DNA of 64,000 bases from an uncultured Clostridia bacterium (GTDB lineage: Bacteria; Bacillota; Clostridia; Christensenellales; UBA1242). The translations under genes and the position numbers were made by a program. Within the stretch, counting starts at the first letter, position 1. Every line of letters starts with the position of its first letter. The stretch covers positions 119,444 to 183,443 of the forward strand of contig CALWDY010000014.1 of assembly GCA_944376825.1 (NCBI GenBank), read 5' to 3'. Shown here in pieces: positions 32,701-38,177 of the stretch. The notes beneath the pieces are model-generated. The model had not been told where the DNA came from. It was given only the letters and a program-made list of their open reading frames with translations, and did not search any database.

Positions 32701-35700
32701 TTGCACACTATCACTAACCCCATTTTTTATTGATATTGTTGCATCTCCAATAAGGTTTTGCCCTTTATAGTTTAATTCAAAATTGTTTGTAGCATATATA
32801 ACATAAACATCAATTACTTTTGGCTCTAAACTCAAATCATATTTAGATTTTAAAATTAATTCCACCATGCCCAAGTTTGAAACTTGAATTTCGTTAGTTT
32901 CACTTTTAATAACATTTAAGTTGTTAGAAGAAACAAGTAAACCATCTGTTTTGTCAACGCCAAATAGTTCACCCAAGCTTATGGTGTTAACCATATTAAG
33001 CACTTGTTTTTCATAATCAGTTAAAACATAACCATTAGGTTTATACAAATACATAACGGCAACATTTTCATCTTCGGCTAGTGATAATCTAGAATGTTGA
33101 ATTTGTATATTCTCTAAATCTTCACCGGTTAATGCTTTTGGGGCAACAACTTTTGTCAAATATGGAAAACCATAGTTGTTTGTTGAATTTCTGTTCCAAA
33201 TTTGAGAAGTTCCCATTGGAATATTTAAAAATGTTTCGTTTGTGTTTTGAGTTTTTCCAGATATAAATTTGCCACTGTTTTGAGTCATGAAATAACTGTA
33301 TTGAATTTGTAAACTTTCTTGACCTTCAATACTTTGATTAATTTTACTAATAATATAACTATTTTTAATTAAGTTTTCATCACTTTTGCTAACATTTTCA
33401 TTTTTTGAAATGTAAAAACTAGAAGTTTGTCCAATTTCAGCAAAGCATTGTTCAATTGATATGTTGTTTGATGAAATTATACCCACAAATGCACCCATAA
33501 CTTTTGTATCAAAGTTTGCATTTATACTAAAATTATAGAAATATGATTTTTCAAGGCGTGAATTTCCTATCATTTCCCCAACAAGTCCGCCAATAGACTT
33601 ACCTTCAAAGTTCATTTGAGAGTCTGCTTCCATATTATATATAAGCACTTTTGAATTAAATATTGTGCCATGATTAATTGCACAAATTCCACCAACAACT
33701 GCATTTGGCGCTATGATAGAACCAGCAAATGTACTGTTCTCAATTTTACCATTATTTATGTTTACCAATCCACCAGCACTTGCTTGGTCGGTTTCTATCT
33801 TACTTGCGACATAAACACCATTATCATTATATATGTCAACTGTAACATTTTTAATTGTACCATTGTTAGTATTGGCAATCATCGCTTGTGAATTAACTTG
33901 TCCGCAAACAATTATATCTTCTATAACTGCCGAACCGCCAAGTGTTTCAAACAAGATTTCTCCATCAAGTTTTATGGTTGCAACAAAGTTGTTATCAATT
34001 ATTTTACCATAAAGTCCACCGTTAAAGATATTTGGTTTGTTTTCCCAATTTTGTGGATAACTAACACTATTTAATAATGTATAGTGTAATGACCCATCGG
34101 TGATTTCATCTAGGCTTTGAATTCTTATTGATGTTTCCCTTGTTGCACCATCTCCAATGGTAATAGGAATATCAAAGTAAACAATATCATCTCTATAATA
34201 CTCGTTTCCATTGTCATCAACAAAAATACCATCTTTTGGCAATATCCTAATTATTCCACTTCCGCCATGCTCTCCAACAACACTAATAAGTCCGTCATCA
34301 GTTATATTAATAACATTGCTTGAAGTTCCCACATTTGGAATAAATCTAAATGCAACATCTTTATTTAATGCATTTTCGGGTTCAACTTTTGTTAAAATCT
34401 TAAATGTTGTATCCCCGTTTATAACATCTTTAAGATTTTCGGTTATTAGATATATTCCGTTATCAGCAACATTTGTTGCCACTATATTTTGAACTAATAC
34501 AGGTTCTTTAATAACAACATTTATAGAATAATCTATTGTGTTTTTATCAAGCCCCAAATCTTTTGCAGAAATTGATAAAGTTGTTGGCATAAAAGCCAAA
34601 TTTTCATCATTTGCATTTCTTGTTAGTGCCGTGAATTTAAACTTTCCACCACCAATATTTTCCACGGTAAAATAAACCACATCTGAATTTGTAGCCTTAA
34701 ACTCGTAAACCGTGCCTTCTTCAAGTTTAATATTACCCCAAAAATCCCAGTATATATCACTATATGTTGGAGATGTTTGACCGTTATTAAAAATAATGCT
34801 AATTGTTTTTGTAGATAAATCTTTGTTAAATTCACCAACTTCATCATAAGCATAAAGTTCTATTGTTCTTTGTGATGCTGTAAACGATGAAATAGGCACA
34901 TAGATTTCAACAAGAAAATATTTATCAACAATTTTATCTGCATACAAATATTCCAATCCGCTTTCACTAAGTTTAATTTCTTTGCCCGTAAATGATGCTT
35001 TAATCCAAACCTTGCCAACTTTTAACGGAGAAATTAAATTCATTGCTTTTAAATAATTTGCACTTATAATATTTGAATTTGTTGTATAAACATCCTCACT
35101 TGTTGGAGGCAAAAGTCCATCTTCTATATTAAAATCATCATTTTGCAAGTCATAAAATCCGTATGAAACAGCATTGTATGATGTGTTTGATGTATATGTA
35201 AGAGGCAATGATTGCCCTGATTTAACAGCAATATAATTTATGGATCCATTTTCAATATTGATGTTTCCAACAGCCGATGATGTATTAAAGGTTGGATCAA
35301 TTGCAATGTTTACATAATTTAATTCTTCAACAACCGCCACTTTGCATATTATTTCTTGACCAGATTCAAATTTTATAGAAATTTGCCCCTCGCCCGTTTT
35401 GCCTGCAATGGAACTTATAACTAGATCATATTTATAGGAATTTCCAACCATTGAATTTTCTAGCAAATACACCAAATTGCCATTTCCTGCATCTTGTTTT
35501 AATAATTCAAACATGTCACCATTTGCACTTATAGTAAATGTTGGATATTTTAAAACAATATTGTTTTCACTTATTTCAACATCTTCTGGCGTTGTATTTT
35601 CTATTCTAGGATTAACAACAAAACTTACCGTTGTTTTTGAAAATTCATTTGTTGAATTATTTAAATAATATGTTCTATTGTTTTGAATTGTTGCCCCTTC

Positions 35701-37146
35701 ATAAACAAAACCAAGTTCACTTATGCCATTTTTAAAAACAAAAGTAATATTTTTTTCAATAAGAGGGTTTTCTTCACTTATAACTTTAACTTGTATTTCG
35801 GCATTATCAGCAAAACCTTCTTTTGCCATGAAATAGAATGTTTCTCCACTATCAAATAAATATTTACCATTATCAAAAACTATTTCACTGCCCAAAGAAT
35901 TTTTAATTGAAATAAATTGATAATTTGCATCATTAGTATCTATGCATAATGACAATTTGTTTGATGTTGCAGTTGTTGGTATTGCTTCAAATTTTATTGC
36001 ATAGCCTTCTATTTCATTATTAGAATTATATTTTGTGTAAAGGTTTATTGGCGATTGCAAACTTACATAACCTTCTTCCGTTTTGCAAGATATGTCGGTT
36101 ATTTCATCAAAAGTTGTAATTTTCAATTTGCCGTATTCTTTGTTTAATGTACTAGATTTTATATCAGGATAATTTTCATAATAAAGTTCAAAATACAAAA
36201 AGTCTGTGCCTGGTGTTGATATTTTTTCATTTACTGTGAAGGTAAACAAATATTGATAATATCCACTTTGTTCATCTTTTGTAATAACAACGTCATTTTG
36301 TTGAAGTAAACCTTTATCTTCATATACAAATTTTGGAACGATGACAATAGGCATATCATATTCACCAAATGGCACTTTTACTATTAAAGAAAGAATTGCA
36401 GCTTCAGCATTATTTCTTGAAACATTAAATTCAGTTTCTCCTTCGCCAAGTTCATTGCCCGACTCATCACAAATTTGAACGCTTTCAACATCTATAACTT
36501 TTATCACATCAATTGTTAAACTTGTTTTTACATTTTCATTATAAGCAGAAACAACCTCAACACTTACCGAACTTGGCACAGTGCTAAGGTTTGAATTTAA
36601 TAATAATTTGTTATTTACAATTGAAACACCTTCCATTTCATTTGTAAGTTGATATTTTAATTGAGTTTGAGTTGTTCCCAACGGCAAAATATTAAACAAC
36701 GATTGGTTTAACAAAAATTCTCCACCTGTTGCTTTATCATATGCCATATAATGGTTTGTATTTTTTGGAACAATTGAAGAAATAGGAAGCGTTGCAGAAA
36801 CAGTAAAGCTAGCCGATTTTTTTGCACCCTTAACAACAACATCAACATTTGAACATTGTCTGTATGCCAGCACATTAATTTCGGTAACCCCTTCGCCCAA
36901 ATAATTGGTTGTAACTTTAATATCAGCAGAATCATAAAGCACAACGACATTATAATCCGAAGCGTTTTCTACCGTTGCGGTCAATGTTGCTGTGTTGTTA
37001 TTTTCTCCCAATAAAATTTCTATTTTAGATGAGCTTAAAGTTATTGTCATTTTGTCGTTGTTGTTATTGCATGCAGAAAAAACCACACCTGTTATTGCAA
37101 CAAGAACAAAAAGCATTGACAACACTAGTTTTTTTAATCTGTTCAT
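17767..37146 (-). CDS. Giant surface lipoprotein A (6459 aa): lipobox, long Ig-like arrays, seven GLUG-like beta-solenoid modules and a roughly 1250-aa C-terminal region of unknown fold
   Basis: Uninterrupted 19.4-kb ORF in stop-rich AT-rich DNA. The N-terminus is MNRLKKLVLSMLFVLVAITGVVFSAC (signal peptide plus lipobox-like Cys), with a GGAGAAAAGG RBS. GLUG-like repeats include GGLVNINNGKIENSTF, SGFVLYNSGIITNS, AGFVYSNSGNISDSY, IGGLVGKTKNSNISD and AGGIVGSCKD. No HExxH and no LPXTG were found. Confidence 0.85.
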   Translation of the reverse strand: MNRLKKLVLSMLFVLVAITGVVFSACNNNNDKMTITLSSSKIEILLGENNNTATLTATVENASDYNVVVLYDSADIKVTTNYLGEGVTEINVLAYRQCSNVDVVVKGAKKSASFTVSATLPISSIVPKNTNHYMAYDKATGGEFLLNQSLFNILPLGTTQTQLKYQLTNEMEGVSIVNNKLLLNSNLSTVPSSVSVEVVSAYNENVKTSLTIDVIKVIDVESVQICDESGNELGEGETEFNVSRNNAEAAILSLIVKVPFGEYDMPIVIVPKFVYEDKGLLQQNDVVITKDEQSGYYQYLFTFTVNEKISTPGTDFLYFELYYENYPDIKSSTLNKEYGKLKITTFDEITDISCKTEEGYVSLQSPINLYTKYNSNNEIEGYAIKFEAIPTTATSNKLSLCIDTNDANYQFISIKNSLGSEIVFDNGKYLFDSGETFYFMAKEGFADNAEIQVKVISEENPLIEKNITFVFKNGISELGFVYEGATIQNNRTYYLNNSTNEFSKTTVSFVVNPRIENTTPEDVEISENNIVLKYPTFTISANGDMFELLKQDAGNGNLVYLLENSMVGNSYKYDLVISSIAGKTGEGQISIKFESGQEIICKVAVVEELNYVNIAIDPTFNTSSAVGNINIENGSINYIAVKSGQSLPLTYTSNTSYNAVSYGFYDLQNDDFNIEDGLLPPTSEDVYTTNSNIISANYLKAMNLISPLKVGKVWIKASFTGKEIKLSESGLEYLYADKIVDKYFLVEIYVPISSFTASQRTIELYAYDEVGEFNKDLSTKTISIIFNNGQTSPTYSDIYWDFWGNIKLEEGTVYEFKATNSDVVYFTVENIGGGKFKFTALTRNANDENLAFMPTTLSISAKDLGLDKNTIDYSINVVIKEPVLVQNIVATNVADNGIYLITENLKDVINGDTTFKILTKVEPENALNKDVAFRFIPNVGTSSNVINITDDGLISVVGEHGGSGIIRILPKDGIFVDDNGNEYYRDDIVYFDIPITIGDGATRETSIRIQSLDEITDGSLHYTLLNSVSYPQNWENKPNIFNGGLYGKIIDNNFVATIKLDGEILFETLGGSAVIEDIIVCGQVNSQAMIANTNNGTIKNVTVDIYNDNGVYVASKIETDQASAGGLVNINNGKIENSTFAGSIIAPNAVVGGICAINHGTIFNSKVLIYNMEADSQMNFEGKSIGGLVGEMIGNSRLEKSYFYNFSINANFDTKVMGAFVGIISSNNISIEQCFAEIGQTSSFYISKNENVSKSDENLIKNSYIISKINQSIEGQESLQIQYSYFMTQNSGKFISGKTQNTNETFLNIPMGTSQIWNRNSTNNYGFPYLTKVVAPKALTGEDLENIQIQHSRLSLAEDENVAVMYLYKPNGYVLTDYEKQVLNMVNTISLGELFGVDKTDGLLVSSNNLNVIKSETNEIQVSNLGMVELILKSKYDLSLEPKVIDVYVIYATNNFELNYKGQNLIGDATISIKNGVSDSVQSSLSSTIVLTNREIPLMQNSFEVVFETNNQPSKFVVGNNIGTHTIVSKFEQEDGSILDSVDFDIYLKLLDAIADTDNVDKIQEIIRQNTSKNLTVQRTYGALSISSSINSATISASDELDINLTATYDSKSTNKTVNVEIYDSEGSDVEALNIFEDINLTILSETQNENEIDTVKYGATIKINKSLNSSLIDPKGYTIRFILDEYIFADVKVYILAQEVLKVDVNNYAQKESNSSGSSYNYFPNNVLSPGTSGLLDIMVYPSYANYTHVNVTAQPVNNQSVSLIAMKKNENATYEIDSATNFEFIENGVKIYAKESESEVGRYYVRVVVPSTVSVNTTYNIQIDIFNGDEKVYTVVYALLIVPQEKAGITVEGKDKIFAVKGDTITADVVYEQTQQIESIVAYDMNTSTINKNVQIINNQDFTSYATKYFKGTLSITIGENCGNVDIQITTSRYLNGVKEEVYSILKVYVIDFELDFDNTHLNNEMGSDVVYGNKYFYNSLEFKIAGKYVSGENGFVTPSERAFNTFVENNYFVNNSIGYEVNYNTQNKETLLENLYYVNGNAYTPVVSNNVSSDIIADFVVEEQTVNGEIQKVIKFLGKNIGTQRMLLEIKAKMPDGSIRTYQYFFDIVISNYSSEEEPEQISNAEEFINAFNGELAQDYILTNDIILYDFSPIQDTSKVNSLDGNGHQIIIRSFSDEVLNQSTVSLALFQNVSSNTTIKNLRLNIYHIDAITIDSNITNQVNFAPISINNAGIITNTEVVSYRYLANQLTPQISGINIKANSTLNVSAQTSGFVLYNSGIITNSRVGGESINVYNVNDKGSVTYETIKLDTFVISSFGEISGFVHTNTGRISSSYVSNLREINNSNIDYTTITSGFAIQNSGRISMSYAKGAKENIQDVHATKFGIETSGISAGFVYSNSGNISDSYSNITLTNLGDNPGRTSAGFVYNNQSNGVIKTSLSLSRIIGATTTQMNFSGVDDWGNWQNFGTIENSYYYDAVALENSNILIEEAYGESASLVSSVTLEEYFYGFSFATNNQNDDGIWAMTLTGPELISANTSTVSLRYSVESDDDRPMFNYATNYEYGSKNNPILIRSAQEFNNVFSGVSGTSASKFVNLDKKQAFGNYRLVNDINLQDLVSSADEQTYRLASSNLTLTGIYRENGNGNGIGKFDGNGFTISGFALSDSYVESTATNFGMFASIESGAILMNLNVIIGTTNAESAVLGVEAKNIKYVGAIAGTVYDAKVINVNLNSAFENTNTVTVRGKNVVGGLIGRVIGNSYIFNLTSTNVSVTAAKFPDHYVNGTSYTTYNQYSRLNETQNNNISYAGGIVGIFDAYTDDSITQEMFADSIVSTNGNAVMLKALGTSQITAGTVGGVIGYVGPLTIVQDALYELNFVDAQNRAMQGLYSYNGFAGGIVGYNKGYLRQVRSQHEESWQIDVIEDGVDDYYKGNYSVDRGNEQLFVNLGCDPIAIGGLVGLNVSGKIEKSYSKINVISDASGTYAGGIIGINEKPATSQTDYIKLSLNEVYAFGDVSATVAGGVIGINKGGFNFDKVNAVNYWGNRLVDESYVNKTYAVSYNESDNNNYKTSTALFNTDVVFDGVAVTSQNFYNDESVLHITSLSNITGVGDDGELYDGFFTGNGWEKQSWERDEDELFPHILFGYITKIRYIRNQYDLDLLRVATNDDIFVIDPDNSPENEENLIGITKRIAPITNFSGTLRSLDNLNPSGFLFKTNQNRALFSSTSGATFYNFKVVYANNIKFNSSLSQSSIFVGTANNTTFNKLKFENVYLEATPSASATIGLVTANAKGTTVFSDIEISYCNMNISTSYGKESEETINVGMLFGIGNITTSQTKSGGIFDILIKNSNLIIDGIFNGLADSLNESSIGLIGGSLTNNSSDKTIMPIVLNNTLTGEIIINTSLIKANVGYMFGYAEEINISSPLNTTSQNANIIIDAIDSNALYNCNIGGLVGKTKNSNISDVVLYPEISVNTKVMNVSIGGLVGRFENGNITNCEVKATNETSEEGVIKESTNKISILNIDSSNENNIGSLIGYAKADKEINSNEEYNSNEEYNIDKVKSYVDLFVSTFNNNSEVTINNNVGGLVGSVQNYNISNAIYYANVNYSSRNVSESSKDLVDNTNIGGLAGSGESSTFTNVYATGDITNNANIDSKTQLSLTIGGLIAKLNGGTLQNSITTGNVYPSYGIKEENGENVVTKSKTETNKPIEFTYGGLVGNAKGEVTLDSNISINTLFNKLDKQLATTYSANALVGNTSKDASVADSSTNKYAHVYTLTTDTSVGENVMLNSILGIVENTLKNDEYNVWDKNYFGEENSGTKILPYTYSSGETSWEGGKKYYYLGTEDNQYSFQISALVNQIVVSDGAQIVFEDGTQNSPIVSLDDNSVISGVVVLANFNGDGDGSNESKVISGFAGTNDGIIYSCNVRGRQNGNLKITGSITTNLRASAFVYLNDGLIKECYTSVDTVSYYEEQAKANNANSIAVAGFVISNSGLIYNCYSSGSIQNYDPNKINGNYNGHMYLFGPGKVYDSFSNTRLVDLDLGTKTANKKFAFDENSSSCFYDKYACEAMLSTETLAKKTDDVSLGYEQQENTKTSAQYKGNLKQNINYNFGYGSFVDGVYTNIEYMWHYTGNGTQENPYQIPNIGKLKQLPDEETTTYYVLVNNINAEYIKNGINWEGKDITNVVISGYDQISPMHYIKNLSTKNGGIFNAVSNSTVTSMILENITIDVLLGKEKTFVGFLANTATNSNFSNIEIRTNNDTTDTISITEINVNDQNQPKTLVLGNVVGSLGGGSTLSGCDLSSLSSTQSGVEYTLKLYAHNINYIIGGMVGSLDGGTVRDSSLTKPIYIDFASGVRISDKTIVFGGIVGIQNSGTITNSYVNQSMHLFDGELHNIGLNLTEQEKLNKLGNLYNSISNLTLYAGGIVGSCKDSASTTTYDDDTKTIDNCYILSNVEIIAGNSFGFKTTYLGGISGFGGNIKNCYSKAKSLIGHATYYVSTFNALDQDPPKQSDGTTTGKSFDSSVLNIYSENGLGFDRYKKAIYRTVNQEAHVAGIANGYESLNAVVNYCDNIQGGMESRNLYSYYYLNANYLKNFYAMAFAYYLKALASFASSSWFVGLANLAFTYGILNLTPVPISQYYFAGNGYEYNETGYFANPFTPNEVAVNHIIPIFVNDFDPFKLPLGYTKYNFKGEGFDIVKNNVESATNGIWMDIQKETIGEKDYYYTKDGLLYIKTIYFDSIGISANGTKEDVYSTAGRALEKITINNTTYYGANDNSSVYGQGNVFSEYGLVYSLNANVSYTENTNITSMGEGWEQCADGTWVPSGSVEVKRTDLADMFNNNITINNDKDKAVIEVSSLEDYRMLEVLINDLPEKDYSQLTDFWNYYTNHSYDEVLEVLYNIVRSSEPSYTIKFVSKNGKTNISMDGVFPLGTNNYPFNGYVEGGNYGESGFYQLSNVVAGVKGDNGTSALFGHVKYLDIKNLNISYSDKNAVAGDSQIDVGGVVGKVVNDNTTSQEPNVIIENVNVVYSFKDYIKTENKEDKTSSVSNNIGAIIGNAQNANIEISQVNIIGCDIDLKNKSLDNELAVGGIIGLSENSIVNIISVNETINISSVSSNKVIGGVIGKLKDSQISLQNIDIDGNIINETNNASNVISGGVFGIVEQTNQENSISLDTINISLKEISAKASVQGVTSYSAGIIGYLLGSDDVLSQIITADTFKNINVGYVDYEGYAEKTFIMSGLNATEYSHVAYADYFIGNRNEFANTTNNIQNNETIKVYASALAVSKPNYNDLPTHDENNKISDGGIKSTINYISGGDDTVGKKTIKVETFEYATEFDKTEGNAYINGEVYKLYNYKKDYYIVVTEIQTIKKDNVLIDENKPTNDIYAIIDRVYRLRIVGSMNILGDYHIVDGYNFEFIVANEYIVTKNPYQNNTTSNYEMTNRTIDFLPTFTTGTKFLVEVGYEFTDKNSIIKYKSDNEPVVTSYNNSTLSNYSVKNGKIDLNLSVSESDSTIEGGTISTTTITTEFVSITLDTSNGIRLLLNRTQTTSNSNLTDNDHDGEIDENGANVNSTTENLSSIQLVDYKNIYTTSNNNWGTEKVNYDINGQVQDLSNLVEGKDLYTFNVDLGNGNKLKICEDIETQNSSDQKPQMYLTTGPTMNIDGDSGKNYKTLIISTKENVEDSWYKDYVFVINNNLQIAYLGYVSYTLESGSINAQTNRNKLFFPYGNDITIEKYENHLLSLGDLQFASGELLDLSDFELKFNTNKTTVDCLITKNEGVYKIKETLQREIVTNTLTISKFDITSNKINVSFSLSQSETEASEEVSYKNKISIDIFGKSLEVLDNVTVDEEKVTPEKGFVIDNKLSDENGYYYYEFTKDDETNTINGINVYKLTGEKPNLTKEGECDSFDLNGNPLNTETLVITNSDETTKFKIDYKYNQATKQTMFRFKDLNDNILSNFITLQGEFTFANNQDGTLTISCADKNISYVVDFVNNEFIVKQIDYVVSFGETNYSVTEVHESETKKVLYITYLDKTLKYVTENSAYTNIDATTLIGNVSDAYFVLSMNSEIENSDNEFLSVYEKGNEKSLFNLSTDLTYTIYVYEDIQKNALLYIYNQNANESGTNYLTLASNIVNENTLHSLYVNKDVSYSCVINKQGVSNFMANYYNYGVQSIEVIPVYASRNNEIHLFDTIQITFDNDDQSKLSYVYENNTIYKYDLSEQQSQNLSSSFDNVSVNYYRYDFTNLANAYTILFIDEYYTVLNIDYKVSSLDLIPFDNDYAIKVVGENGEIECYTLRDGFVISGEIGNKVVDNASHSSFGITNNVLLVHNNATYKNAQNETVTVDEYVLVKKQISLSNSTITIEVNNGTITTIERKVSVENGKCTITDTINYVDGTTNAGYYLFNLGAETIYIDASDVYSITTENLYGIVSEDTRLQRTFITIGDTKVDAITGIVI
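26470..26509. repeat. 18-bp in-frame tandem duplication (2.2 copies of ATTGTATTCTTCGTTACT) inside giant gene A
   Basis: Read directly: 26470..26487 equals 26488..26505, followed by a partial third copy. It encodes NSNEEY-NSNEEY-N. Confidence 0.85.
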
Positions 37147-37216
37147 CCTTTTCTCCTTTTTTTATTGTCTTCAATTGTTAGGTTTTTATTATATAATAAT
37201 AAACAAATTCAAGATT

Positions 37217-37245
37217 ATTATATTATCATACAAAATTTGTGTCAA
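37217..37245 (-). promoter_or_regulatory. Sigma-A type promoter of the giant lipoprotein operon with perfect consensus TTGACA-17-TATAAT
   Basis: On the minus strand, TTGACA is at 37245..37240, followed by a 17-nt spacer and TATAAT at 37222..37217. This is about 70 nt upstream of the ATG at 37146. Confidence 0.6.
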
Positions 37246-37374
37246 ATATTTTATTATATAATAATAAATTTTTTAGCAATTTTCGACAATTAAAAAAATA
37301 AAAAAAAGAATAAAAATTAAAAAAAATTAAAATAAATAATTAAAACATATTTTAATAAATTAAAATATGAATTT

Positions 37375-37635
37375 TTAAATTTTATTTTTTTTATTTAATT
37401 TTAAATATTTTTGTCTAGTGGATTCTCCACCTCTTAAATGTTTTTCTAAAAAATTATTTTGTAATACATTTTTTACATGCATATATAAATTAACATTTAT
37501 TTTTTTTAATTTTTTTTGAATATCATTATGCACTGTGCTTTTTGAATATCCAAAAAAAATTGCCGTTTTCCTTATTGTTGCATTGTTGTTAATTATATAA
37601 TTTGCAAAATCAACTACCCTATCGTTTTTAGACAA
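37375..37635 (-). CDS. spoIIID: Stage III sporulation protein D (mother-cell HTH transcription factor)
   Basis: 86 aa. It has YSKSTVHNDI and HLRGGESTRQKY blocks matching the SpoIIID signature (SKSTVHKD ... HLRGGEATK.KY). The start is TTG, 7 nt after AGGAGAG. Confidence 0.85.
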   Translation of the reverse strand: MSKNDRVVDFANYIINNNATIRKTAIFFGYSKSTVHNDIQKKLKKINVNLYMHVKNVLQNNFLEKHLRGGESTRQKYLKLNKKNKI

Positions 37636-37659
37636 AATAACACTCTCCTAACAAAACCA

Positions 37660-37686
37660 ATGTATGAAACAAAAATTGAGATTATG
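37660..37686 (-). promoter_or_regulatory. Candidate sigma-E-type promoter of spoIIID (CATAAT - 14 nt - CATACAT)
   Basis: On the minus strand, CATACA is at 37666..37661 and ATAAT ends at 37681 with a 14-nt spacer. This resembles the remembered B. subtilis sigma-E pattern (ATA.. -14- CATACA.T). It sits about 25 nt upstream of the start codon. Confidence 0.35.
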
Positions 37687-37741
37687 TCATAATTTGTCGG
37701 TTTATAAAGTCAATTGTCTAAAATGTTAAATTTTGTTTATA

Positions 37742-37770
37742 AAAAAAAATCACAAACTGTGATTTTTTTT
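37742..37770 (-). terminator. Rho-independent terminator after acpP
   Basis: ATCACA/TGTGAT core stem with a 3-nt loop, extended by A9/T8 runs. It lies 15 nt downstream of the acpP stop. Confidence 0.5.
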
Positions 37771-37784
37771 GCGTTAAATACTAT

Positions 37785-38012
37785 TTAATTCTTTGAATCA
37801 ATTAAATCTACAATTGACCTTACTGTGCTTAATTTCATTGCTTCTTCATCTGGAATTGCTATACCAAATTCATCTTCTAGTGTCATAAGCATTTCCACCG
37901 TATCCAAAGAGTCGGCACCCAAATCTTCAATCAATCTTGAATCTTCGGTAATTTTATCTTCAGAGATATTTAATTGGCTTGCAATCAATTTTTTTACTTT
38001 ATCTAATGTCAT
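37785..38012 (-). CDS. acpP: Acyl carrier protein
   Basis: LGADSLDTVEMLMTLEDEFGIAIPDEEA carries the phosphopantetheine-attachment DSL motif. The probable start is MTLDK at 38012, directly behind GGAGGA; the 98-aa listed ORF over-extends the 5' end. Confidence 0.85.
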   Translation of the reverse strand: MTLDKVKKLIASQLNISEDKITEDSRLIEDLGADSLDTVEMLMTLEDEFGIAIPDEEAMKLSTVRSIVDLIDSKN

Positions 38013-38126
38013 AATTTCCTCCATATACTCACATAACATGCTATCATTTTTTTTGTTAAAAGTAAAGTATTTAAGAAGCATTTAACTTTAAGTTTAAGTT
38101 TTTATACAAATTTATAATTAAAAAAG

Positions 38127-38158
38127 TTTTGTGCATATAAAACATATTATGCACAAAA
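38127..38158 (-). terminator. Rho-independent terminator after the M23 peptidase gene
   Basis: An 11-bp stem (38127..38137 pairs with 38148..38158), followed on the minus strand by CTTTTT. It lies 20 nt downstream of the stop at 38178. Confidence 0.55.
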
Positions 38159-38177
38159 CAACAATAATTTTTATAAT

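Noticed and set aside
8115-37146. Interpreting the giant GLUG proteins as Zmp/IgA1-protease-like metalloproteases or as polymorphic toxins
   Set aside because: I found no HExxH or other zincin motif anywhere in either protein. I found no LPXTG, no recognisable C-terminal toxin or immunity pair, and no small downstream immunity-like ORF, since rpoB follows directly.
8655-37261. Dozens of 60-132 aa ORFs antisense or out of frame within the giant genes (for example 21034..21414, 21641..22039, 26939..27325, 10732..11082)
   Set aside because: Their composition mirrors the repetitive coding strand, with I/F/L/P/S-rich mirror-image repeats of the GLUG regions. They show no start-site signals and no independent motifs. 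The continuous 9.6-kb and 19.4-kb frames on the minus strand explain them.
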